Shown here in pieces: positions 51,948-64,000 of a stretch of DNA of 64,000 bases (positions within the stretch are counted from its first letter, which is position 1; each line of letters starts with the position of its first letter). Where the stretch lies: NCBI GenBank assembly GCA_951406725.2, contig OX597816.1, forward strand, positions 98,828,001 through 98,892,000, read 5' to 3'. Both the position numbers and the translations under genes were made by a program. The DNA comes from Octopus vulgaris (Eukaryota). A model generated the notes under the pieces. That model did not search any database. It was given only the letters and a program-made list of their open reading frames with translations, and had not been told where the DNA came from.

Positions 51948-53275
51948 GTATACACACGCACAAACACACACATGAATATAGATATGGATATTGGTATACT
52001 TCCGTGTGTGTATGTGAAAAGTATATGTAATAATGAGTGTTATTTCGTCTTCTGTTGCTTAACTATTTCTGTGGGTATTTTTTTTATGAAACTTCAATGA
52101 ATTAAATTATATTTTATTATATGCCCAATTTTTGCAGTCGTACACGTAATGAGAGTGGAAATAGAATAGAAACCGATAATTATTGGAATTAGAAATCATA
52201 AATATATTTTTATCATCTCCAAATCCATGAGAATATATTTTATTTTTAAGCGGGGTGTTGTAGTATTGTCAGAACATATTATTATTGCATTTTATTATAC
52301 CAAGCTTAAAATGTTAACTTTATTTCTATTCCCATTGTGAAGAAAATATTTTTTTAATTTCATATATTACAAGTCTTAAACCATAAAATGAATACGCACA
52401 AATTATTAAATACCGGAGAACAAATAAATTCATTTAGATTAATTTAATTCACATTATAAATGGAAATATGAAGTATTATTTGAAGATCTTATTTCAGTTT
52501 GGTTGAAATTAGAGACGGTTCTTTCGTTGAATTGTATAAAAACGTTTGGAAAATAAATAAGAATCCGTCTAATTGATTTCGATTGAATTAATTTTACGTT
52601 GACGATCTTTTACTTGTCTTTCGTAACTAATACGTTATGGAAACGCGTGAATAAAAATCGTTATCAACTATATGAATATATACGAATTTGGTAACGACAA
52701 TATTCATATATTTTGAACTTTAGTATCTAGACAGCACATTTAAAATATTCTGCGTAAATTTATGTAGCATAGACTTTGCTTGTTTTTCGTGATCGTTTGA
52801 TAAGTTTATGAATCGCATTTTACCATATAATCACATTTTGCCATATAAATATGGCCCTTCCCTTCTCGTGTATAATGTAGTACTTAGAAGTATGTAATCT
52901 GATGTGGCTAAAGTAGATGTCTGAGAAACATTAGTAGATTAGTTGTTTGATTAAGTTGAAAGTTTCTAATGGGGAAGGATTTAAATATTTTTCTGAATCA
53001 TTGATTATCCTGTGTTTCACGATTACCAGTGTATAACTTACTCCTGCTTAATACTTAAAGTCTGTAGATGAGTTATTTTGAGGACGGTATATTACGCATA
53101 ATTGTTCACTTCAGTCCAGTCTTTATAAGGTCCCTGTTAAGAAATTCAACTATAAACAGATGTTCTATAGCCACAATAAAAACGTGAACATATACGCGAG
53201 GTACTAGGGTAATATATCTAATATTCTCTCCATGCTCCGTTGGCAGAACAGGCATGCAGCTCACGTCTCAATGCA

Positions 53276-53312
<37 letters not shown>

Positions 53313-54239
53313 CTGATAGATTTTAAATTTATCTATCTGATGAAAATTAAATAATTACAGAAATATGGATCATAAGGGCATTTCCTTCTTGTAATTTAAC
53401 AAGTTTTTCTACTTGTAATTTGGGGCAAGAAGTTCTAAATATGATATATTAATAATTTTTGTGGGAAGGATAGTCAGTCTAGTCTCACTGAATCAATATC
53501 ATGAGTGTAGTATATTAATCAGGGATCTTAGACAATTTGGTCATTACCATAATTTTTGACAATGTTCTGTGTACTAATCTAAGGTCTTTAATATTCTGGA
53601 ATATAGTATGAAAGGAAACATAATATACGTCTTCCTTTATGTGTGTTATACAGTATCTAGCTCATTGTTTCCAAGGTTTATGAAATTGCTTGATCTCTAT
53701 TTTCTAATTTGATTCAAGTATATCATCTAGAAAATCTGCTTACTGTCTGGAGCAGTGCTGCTTAACGTTCAACAACTGCAGCTTACATCTTCCTACCCGC
53801 TTCAATCGATGATTTATTATCTTCCTGTCGTATGTGGATTCAATTTCAATTGATTTAGCAACAAAAGGAGAAAGCAGGGAGTCCTCTTCGAAAGTTGTTC
53901 CTTTCAGAAACGATGGTTTTTACCCATAATTTCTACAATTTGCCTTATGTGTTTAATGTGTTTGCATACGATTAAAACGTTCTAAGGTTCAATTTTCACT
54001 GATACACTTGAGTGAAACAATACTAAAAACATTGTAAGAGTTTATCCATTCCAAACACAACATTTTATCTCGTTTCCATGCATTCTCGTGAGTAAAACAA
54101 GCCCTAGTCATGTAATGCAATCATTTAAATCGATTGAGACTTGCGTGAATATATCTGGCTTGCGTTGAAGTTAGAAATATTAGTTTCCATTTCACTTCTC
54201 AGGGCTCTTGATTTCAGTTGTGCCGCTCAATTCTGAAAG

Positions 54240-55750
54240 AGCACACAACTTGTTGTCAAATGTCGCACAGGGTCTCTTTCCACGATATTTAACACTCAAA
54301 TACCAAGCTAAAATTCATTGCCGTCCCAATAAAGCAGATTTCTGAGCGTGTGCTCTCCTCATGTCAGTCCCAGTTTCTTCAACACATTAATCAAACCTGG
54401 ATGTATCCCAGTGCCCCTATAACTACTGGGATAACAGTTACTCTCTTTATTACCCACATTCGTGCAAATTTCATATTTACTAGCTTGTATTTCTCAATCG
54501 TTTCCAGTTCTTGCCCACCCATTCGTGCATCACCAGTTATAGCAATATCTAGGATTTTGGTTTCCTTCGATATTGTATCAGTTTCAACAATGGCTGGTCT
54601 CCGAGCATCAATCATTGATTAACACTGGATTTTAACATTCAGCAAGATCTTCTCTTCATTATTCTCCGTGACGTTTTGTTGTTTACGCTCGTACCATTTC
54701 AATGTCCTTTGAAGGCTGCACTTAGCCCAATAATCTCCAATGTACATACTTAACTACGTTACCATGCTTCCTTTTGTGTTCATTTTGGGCCAGTTTGCTA
54801 AACTCACTCACAGTGAGACTGCTTCACTTTTGATGCCACACATCCTACAAAGGGACGTTTCACTGCTCTGGTCTGTATAGAATTTGGTGTAATTAGTTTT
54901 CAGATCTTGCTCCTGAAAGCTGCATGTGAAGCTCCATCTTTGTTCATCTAACTGCACCTGCACCATATCACATTTAAGAGACAGCCTATGTACTTATTGT
55001 GCAGACGTTGTTCTTTCTAGTGAGTCTACTCTCCATAATTAACTTGTTTCTCGTGTGTTATTCTCGCTTTAAGCTTTCATTTACCTCACTCTCCTTCAAT
55101 TTCTCATATTCTACAATACCCAAACACTTATATCTATCCACTTCAACATCCGTAATTCTCACACCGATGGGTAGTTCTACACATAGAATGACACTACTTT
55201 GCTTTTTTCTATGATGAGCATACAATACTTTTAATCCCAAATTCCACCCCGATATTCTTAATGAATATCTGCACTGTTGAAACCAGGCCGGTTCTTTTAG
55301 GCTCAATCTTACTGAAGTTCTTTAAGTCATCCATATACAACTTTTCAAGATGAACTCCGATCGTACATAATGCAATAGCTGTGTGGGTGGTTTCATAACA
55401 AATCATAAACAGCAATTGTGAGAAACTCTCTCCCTGAAATATACCTCTCCTGGTGCCAATTGTCGCCAACATTCTCTACATGATGTTAACTCTGTATTCC
55501 AGAATGTTATCAGACATCTATGTAAATGTTATCAGACATGTATGTAAATCCAGAAATAGAATACTATGCCATAAGCTTTCATATAATCGATCGACACCAT
55601 ACTCAAAATGTATGCCTTTTCTTAGAGACGTACAGCACCATTCTGTCTATCAGAAGTTGATCCTTCTTCCTTCGGCTTTTCTTCCTGTATCCTTTCTTCC
55701 AATCAAGATCAAAAGCCATGAGAGCCACTGCCTGCTAGTGCTTCAGTGCA
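54240..55750 (-). mobile_element. Degraded R4/Dong-like LINE (RT to RLE)
   Basis: RRGIFQGESFSQLLF, LYMDDLK, YKCLG and RRPAIV...ILDIAITGD...VIPVVIGALG (ORFs 55209..55472, 55058..55306, 54391..54615). Confidence 0.9.
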
Positions 55751-55753
55751 TTT

Positions 55754-55836
55754 ATTATAATAATAATAATAATTATTATTATTATTATTATTATTATCAT
55801 CATCATCATCATCATCATCATCACCATCATCAACAC

Positions 55837-55884
<48 letters not shown>

Positions 55885-55951
55885 TATTATTTTTATTATT
55901 ATTATTATTATTATTATTAGTATTAGTATTATTATTATTATTATTATTAGT

Positions 55952-55983
<32 letters not shown>
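55754..55983. repeat. (TAA)/(TTA)/(CAT) compound microsatellite
   Basis: Directly visible. Confidence 0.95.
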
Positions 55984-55984
<1 letters not shown>

Positions 55985-55986
<2 letters not shown>

Positions 55987-56475
55987 CTAGTCTTATTTTT
56001 ATCACGTGCTTTCACTGGACTACCGAGCGTAGCTCTGTGTGCCTTGGGTATTGGTTGTGGTTTGTTGTGATCCTTTTATCTTTACTGTATTGAAAATGCT
56101 TTACGTAGGATGTCTGCAGTGCCTAGTAGTGCTATTTTCTGTATGTTATATATCATTGTTAGTCCAGGTGTTTTTGCTATGTATTTGATTTTTTTTATCA
56201 TACCTAATGCGCCTACTATAATAGGAATTGCTTCTGTTTTTAGACTCCATATTCGGGTTACCTCTATTTGCAGCGTTTTTGTATTTTGAAAGTTTCTCAA
56301 TTTCTTTTAGAGAAACCTTGTCTTCTGATGGTATTAATACATCAATTAGAAAGCATTCTTTTATTGATGATCTGTGACAATTATATCCGGCATATTGGCC
56401 TTAATTTCTCTTTGTATTGGCATAGCCCTTTGTATGGTAACTTTCTCATTTTCTGTGATTTTTTCTTGCGTGTGT
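55985..56475 (-). mobile_element. 5'-truncated R4/Dong-like LINE 3' end (different subfamily)
   Basis: ENEKVTI...REIKANMPDIIV and EVTRIWSLKTEAIPIIVGALG...QKIALLGTADILRK; trinucleotide microsatellites on both sides. Confidence 0.88.
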
Positions 56476-56521
56476 CTTATTATTGTTATTGATGTTGTTG
56501 TTGTTGTCGTCGTCGTCATCG

Positions 56522-56555
<34 letters not shown>

Positions 56556-57378
56556 CATCCTCATCATCGTTCTGGTTGTCAAATTCTGCAGTATAATATT
56601 TCTTGTTGTCAGATTCAGTCAAATCCATGATATTCATTCATCCCATGCTTTAATTATGAACCTTAAAAACAAATAGTGTAAAACCTATGTTTAACACTAT
56701 TACATACATGAAACATTATATACAACTCCAATCTATTGTCTCAAAACTTTAAAGAAAAGATGTATGAAGAGATTGCAATTTGTAAGGTATTAGTTTCTTA
56801 CATTCACAAGCCTCGGTAAATTCCATACATTTTAGATCATTTTCAACGTACCTTTGAGGACAGAGAACTTGCTAAATCGCAAGTGGCAAATTTGGTCGTA
56901 TGTATAGAGCACTTGCAGCTGCTTTTCGTGAACTCCAGTTGAATATATAGCTCACACGACGATTTTCCAGTGCAATTTTTTTTCATTTCTTAAATCAGTA
57001 GTATTCCCTTTATATCCGTTCAGATATAACATTTTATCCATGAATCCCTGTCAGCAATGATTTTATAACCATATTAATGCATTACTGACGGTTTTTTTAT
57101 GTTACTTTCTATTTCAGTATACTTTAAGAGCATTATAAATCAATAAATGCCTCACTGCATCTGCAGTAAGAGTCATTGGGGTTAAAGTAATTGCCTATAA
57201 TCTCTATTCAGGGAATAGTATTTTTTCTTCAATCTTCTTTGATGCTGCAAACCTTAAAAGAGTAAAATAATGCTTTTTCTACCTTTATCTTACGACATCT
57301 GTTTTGAGATAATTCTCTTAAACACTTTACATTATTCCCTTATATTCTATTGGGAATATTCGAAAAAATCGATAGTTT

Positions 57379-57379
<1 letters not shown>

Positions 57380-57466
<87 letters not shown>

Positions 57467-57467
57467 C
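57380..57467. repeat. (ATT)n microsatellite
   Basis: Directly visible. Confidence 0.95.
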
Positions 57468-58093
57468 GCTAATAATTACGTTGTCGCATTGCTGCTATTC
57501 TTTTTATCGTGGTTTTTAATGTTATACATCAGTTAGCACATATTAAGTGAAATATCTACAACTCTGCTGCATTTTTTCAGAATTGAGGTCGAAAATTAGA
57601 ATTTTGATGCATGAAAACACGGACTTGCTGAGCTCACATTTACCGCGAATATTTCAAATAATCATATACATCTACACTGCGCACCGATTTTCGATTCTTA
57701 TCTTCATGAAATATCCCCCCACCCAGTCGTGATCTTAATGGTAGACTGGATTCGGGTTAAAAACATTTATTTCTAAACTAAAGCTAATATTGACCTCTGC
57801 CATGAACAAATCTAAGGCTTACGTTTGGCCGTTAATGCACGTTGATTAGAAATAAAAATAGGGAAAAAAATAGCAGTGCATCCTGCAATATCATAAATGT
57901 AAAAAGAAACACATTTAAAAAAGTTTCAGACGTCTGATTTTGACAGCGCCATCGTTATGTATGTATGTATGTATGTATGTATGTATGTATGTATGTATGT
58001 ATGTATGTATGTATGCATGCATGCATGTATGAATGTATGTATGTATATGTGCAGATCTCTATGTGAGTATATGTACGGATTTGTATCCATGCA

Positions 58094-58124
<31 letters not shown>

Positions 58125-59583
58125 GGAATTTAACACCTAAGAATTTTGAAAATGTCTAAGAAATTTTTGCTGTGACACTAATAGATTCGATTTGGGGAAT
58201 CTACGTCAGCTTCTTTTACTCTTAGCTTGTAAAACCGATTATTTCATTTTTTTTCCTATAAATTTGATGTGACATAGCCTAATACACCGATCACATTAGG
58301 TACAAATGATAATTCATAGTCAGTGCACAATATTTTAAGTTCCGCATTCATCATAAATGTTCTCTTTCTCCTGGAATTTTGATTGTATATTCAGATCTGC
58401 TGCAACAGTGTATGATATTTGAACCCCACAGAACAATATAAAGCCTTTTATGTTTGCACCGAATTGATGTTTTTTGATAATATCTTACACCATCCAGTGT
58501 GACGCAAAGATGTAGTTATCGTTCTTAATATTCAAATGACTTTAAAACGATTTTGCGTAATGTAATTAGAAACACCAATTAAGAACACATTTTTATCGTT
58601 TTAGATTTTTACCGCATTTATTTGATAGTGAAATAATTGTTACCACGGAATTCTGAACCTTAAAATGTACTGTGCTTGTGCTCCTTTTCATGTCACTATG
58701 TTGAGAAGGCCAAATTGGAATGTGTGAAATATATTATCGTAATTTAGCGAGAAACTTAAGACATTTTAGAAGCAGCTGTAAGATGAAAGCTTTAGGGATA
58801 TTTCATGTTTATTTGCAAGTATTGAATCCTATTTTGTTTCTTAGATTCGGCAGACAGATGTTTTATGACTGTGAACACATCAATCATTTAATTTCAAGAA
58901 TGGATTGGGCGTATATCCATTAAAGTGTATAAAACAAGTAATGGTATATAATAGACAGATGGAAAATAAAAAAATACATCGGAAGACATATGTAATATGT
59001 CCAACGTTCGTATACCGTACGTTCATGTGCGAATAATTGAAACAAAAATAATTTAAGAGAAACAACTCAGTGTGGTTAAATGTAAGAAAATAGACAATAA
59101 AATATATAAATGCTTGCTCGGTATAATATACGATATATGTTTATTTTTTGAAATCATAGTCCTTTAAGAAAAAAGTATGAGAGTGGCTTGTTGCGAGTGA
59201 GATCAAGTCCGAATGAAAAGGGGAAATAATATCAAGCTTTCACCGAAATTGATATTCCAAGAAAAGAGAAACAGTCTCCTGCATTCCAGAATGGATAATT
59301 GCTTCTATGAATACGACTGTTAAGACAGAAACACTTGGTAACAGCCGGCCTCTTATGTACACAAAATCAGGGTATGTGTTATTTTTAACAAATTAGAGAG
59401 ATTCCTTGAATCTTTACAGTCTTTTTTATTTGAAGAAACACTATTTGCTTACATTTCTCTCGACGGTAAGATTACTTCTATTAAAAGATTCACTCTATAT
59501 CTTATTGAAAATACATGTATTATTCAATAGATATAAAAGCATGTACACGTACATACACACACACACACACATAAGTCTATGTA

Positions 59584-59677
<94 letters not shown>

Positions 59678-59684
59678 CCGAAGA

Positions 59685-60315
59685 GATACGTTTGTTAAAT
59701 GTGTTTGTGATCTATTTCAACTACTAAAAGGCACGTTCAACTCCAGTTACTGTAAAGACAATATTTCTTTTATGGTAACAAAGTGTCAAAACACCCTAAC
59801 CGTTCAGTCTCGATGTTTCTAGCTCGTTGGCTTTTATCAATGAGAAGTGCCTAAGAGAGGAAACTCTGAAAAGTTCTTATAAGGCGATAGTTCTATGTAA
59901 AATAAAGTCGGGAACGAAAACTACAGTTAATTTGCTTTTTAGTAGTTGAAAAATATCATGAACATATATTAAGCAACCTAAACTTGCTTATGCTCAAACA
60001 CTGCTTGGTGCTAATATTTCGGTAATTTCCAGGATTTACCTGCGAAAATCAATCAACAACGTTGACTGTATTTTACATAAAACTATCGCTTTATAAGGAT
60101 GGTTCAGAGTTGCCCCTCTTAGGTACTTCGCATTTTTAAAATTCAACTAGCTAGAAACATCGATGTCTGAGAATTCTGATAGATGGCGACACTCAACAGA
60201 GGATGTTCTTACTCCTGTTTACCATAAGAGAATAATTTCTACAACTGTAACTGCAGTGAGTTTGCCTTTTAGCAGTTGAAATATGTTAGAAACGTATTTT
60301 AACCAACCTAAACTT
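59685..60315. mobile_element. Fold-back MITE with long imperfect inverted arms
   Basis: tatttcaactactaaaaggc/gccttttagcagttgaaata, tcgatgtttctag/ctagaaacatcga and cttataaggcgatagttctatgtaaaata/tattttacataaaactatcgctttataag; an extra terminal-like copy at ~59920-59985. Confidence 0.75.
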
Positions 60316-62679
60316 TACATATATATATACGCACACACACACAAATATATCAGATTCAATAGACACTATGTACATCAACAGGTAGAACGAAAGAAATGGG
60401 CAGATACAATAATTTAGGTTTACGGTGAGAAAAATAACAACGAAGTTGACAATTGTTGGTAGGATACCGTGGATATGTAGTTACCATCGATCCGAATTAG
60501 TCGTTGGTTCGTGGAATGGAGTAGATATAAAAAGAGAATACGAATTGAATTTGGAATTTATGAAAGCTGTTTTGGTAGAATTTTATTGATGTATTCATAA
60601 TTTTCATCATATGATGTAATCTATGAATACATCAATAACATTCTACTGAAACAGCTGTCGTCAGTTTTAAAGCACATTTGCGTTCTCTTGATATACTTGT
60701 GTGTGTGCATCTGTGTGAGCGTGTGTGTGTATATGTGTGTATGTGTGCTTGTGATTGTGTGTGAGTGTGTATACACACATAAACGTATACACATACTATT
60801 TAGTTTTTCCGCATTATAATATATAATTATATTCATAATTTCCATTGAATAGTTGCCCTCTATTAATTATATTATTTCTTTGTTAATTGAAACTAACATT
60901 TATTCATACATGTAAAGACAACTTTACAAACCACTGCGAATGCTTACTCACCTCGTTCACTCTCGTTTTCTCTCTCTCTACTTCGTTCTGTATATATGTC
61001 AGTGCTTGCGTGTGATTGTGGATGTGTGTATTAGTGTGAGTGAGTGTTCGCGTCTGTGTGTTTTTGTGTACTTGTGTGTGTATGCGTGTAGAAGGAAGGG
61101 AGCAAGGGAGAGAGTAAAGGAGAGAAAGAGAGAGAGATGGAGAGTTACACGAGGGTAATCCCTACGAACACATCAATTGCTCAAGGATTTCAGATAACTT
61201 TCTGTTGTGAAGTCACAATAGTTCTTGTTTGTTTTGTATTGAAGATAGTTAGTGAAAACTACTTCACCATACAATAATTGCACAAAGAACCTGAAATCTT
61301 TACTGAAGATAGGTCGTCGATCATTTCACCTAAAATATATTGTAAGAGAGCTTCTTCTGAGACAGCCAACCAATTGCAACACTTATGTCAGATTATCAAC
61401 AGGATTCTCACATATCTTAAACATATTTGCCGATTACTTTCAGGATTTTGATAGGGATAATAGATGAAGAGCTTTGTGGAAGGTTTTAATCCTATCTCTG
61501 ACCACATTCGTTCAAGAAGATACACAATGTGACTGAGGATTTCTAAATGCTCAGATTATTCTCAGAATTTAGAACCCATCCTTGAATGCAATGCTGTATA
61601 GGTGCATGAATTAATCTAGTTTGGTCTCTTCAATATGCATATTATGGTTAATACTATCCCAGGATTATATATTATTTATTTCTATCACCGTAAGCTCATT
61701 AAAAATATAATAGTTCGTATCCCCACTCCATGCACTCCTCTTGCAATTCACAGATTATATACGTTGTTCTCTTCGTCATGGTTGATATCTAAATCTACGT
61801 TAAGGTTTTATTTTCTAATGATTCAATAAAATCCTGGTACGACAAATAAAAGGATGATCACGAGATTCACAAGGATTTAACAATTGCCTGATTTTAAATC
61901 TCTACGTACATACATAAGTATATCTGTACATAAATACGTAAACAGATTGAAAATAGAAGTAAAACGCGAAGGCTGAGAGGAGATAGTAATGAAATATTGA
62001 GAATATAGCTTTTCAAAATAGACACAGAAAACTACCACACGAAGCGACATGTTTCGTTATAATCAAACCTAGGTCCTTGTAATAGAGTGCATTATATTTC
62101 GTCAACATCCTATTCTATAAATATCAGTTGCACAGAAATTCATTATCAAAACACGCAAGAGAAATTTTACGATTTATTTGGTGTTTTCTTGTATTGAGAG
62201 AGCGTTAGATAACTTTCACTTACTTATAACACCTTACACTATGTGTATTACAAATTAAATGTTTGTAATATTCCTAACCATTTGAGATATCTAAACTGAG
62301 TGGGGTATATCAAACAACAACAGACTTTTCTTGTGGTACTAAGGGGTGAATAAAATAACATAATAACTTGCATATCAAGTAAATAAATACGACGGTATTC
62401 ATATAGCTATATTCTTATTTTAAGAAACATAGTTACAGCAAGCCAAGTATTCAAGTGTATGCAGTCTTATTAGTACACGAGCTGGCAACCATGCATCGAT
62501 ATACATAACTACAACTCATTCTATGTACACACACGCACGCACACAACCGCTCTCTCTCTCACTCGTTTTCAGTTTATAATCATGTGTTTGAATGTGTGTG
62601 TATGCGTATCTCTTATGATAAAAGGCAGATTTTCTCTGCCTCTGACATAGTTTGTTTTTAATACAATTGTACAATATAG

Positions 62680-63070
62680 AATTTCTTCAATTGGAATTTA
62701 CCTATGATTTTTCGAAGTAGATTCGATTGGGTCATGGCTTTCAATTTTTTCAATTTGACCCCCAATTAAGCAAAATTCGAGAAAACTAATATGTTACGAT
62801 TTGCCTCTCTCATATCAACTGCTTCACTCCTTCTATTACCACACTTTCTCCTACTTTCTCTTTGCAAGTGTAGCTTAAACCATTACTCAAAAAAAATACA
62901 CAGGAAACAGAAACAAATAAATACATAACGATTTACTCCTCACACAATTTCTTCAATTGGAATTTACCTATGATTTTTCGAAGTACATTCCATTGGGTCA
63001 TGGTATTGAAATTTCTTTCAATATGACCCCCAATGAAGCAAAAATTCGAGAAAACTCAATATTTTACGAT
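62680..63070. repeat. ~125-bp diverged direct repeat, 266 bp apart
   Basis: aatttcttcaattggaatttacctatgatttttcgaagta... at 62680 and 62946. Confidence 0.9.
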
Positions 63071-63169
63071 AGGTTTTTAATTTACTTTCTGTCGCTAAAT
63101 TTTCGTAGTATTAATTTGCGAGCGTACTTCAGTTGTCAATTGTTGAAAGAAAGAAATTGTAAGCTAAGA

Positions 63170-63242
<73 letters not shown>

Positions 63243-63332
63243 TGTGTGTATGTGTGTGTAGGAAGTGAAGGATAAAAATATGGCAAGAAGTGGACAGATG
63301 TACATATATACATACAAACATCCATACATACA

Positions 63333-63371
<39 letters not shown>

Positions 63372-63391
63372 GTATTAATGTGTGTGTGTTA

Positions 63392-63883
<492 letters not shown>

Positions 63884-64000
63884 GAAATTGGAGTGAAGAA
63901 AGAGTACGTTTAGACATTTATTATTCACTACAATTGTTCCCAACAATACAAGTATTTGTTTATGCAACTGTTTGTTTGCATAATGGGATCCAGTTGTGTT

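Noticed and set aside
53335-53375. CTGATGA...GAAA (a similar case at ~34655)
   Set aside because: No credible stems I-III.
61200-61540. Possible Tc1/mariner transposase relic on the minus strand
   Set aside because: Only faint motif echoes (YPY, NK.N); too degraded to call without a profile search.

Overview
This is AT-rich, microsatellite-dense eukaryotic DNA. The repeat families look like those of octopus or another coleoid cephalopod (recognised by eye, not searched). I can support no host protein-coding gene; most ORF-track entries are translations of (TA)n, (CA)n or (AAT)n arrays. The window is mostly mobile-element debris: three tRNA-derived SINE families, five degraded RLE-type (R4/Dong-like) LINE fragments mostly abutting trinucleotide microsatellites, mariner relics, non-autonomous Helitrons, palindromic MITEs and two GIY-YIG Penelope-like element (PLE) ORF relics. 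The main hidden signal is a set of type I hammerhead ribozyme (HHR) motifs in several unrelated short non-coding repeats. One has a fully canonical core (51501-51573, minus strand). Others sit in fold-back or head-to-head insertions typical of PLEs. One family (14.1 kb and 43.4-43.9 kb) joins a tRNA-like B box, an (AAT)n tract and an HHR, suggesting a Pol III-driven, self-cleaving, PLE-dependent non-autonomous retroelement. All structures were folded by eye, and most repeat boundaries are approximate.
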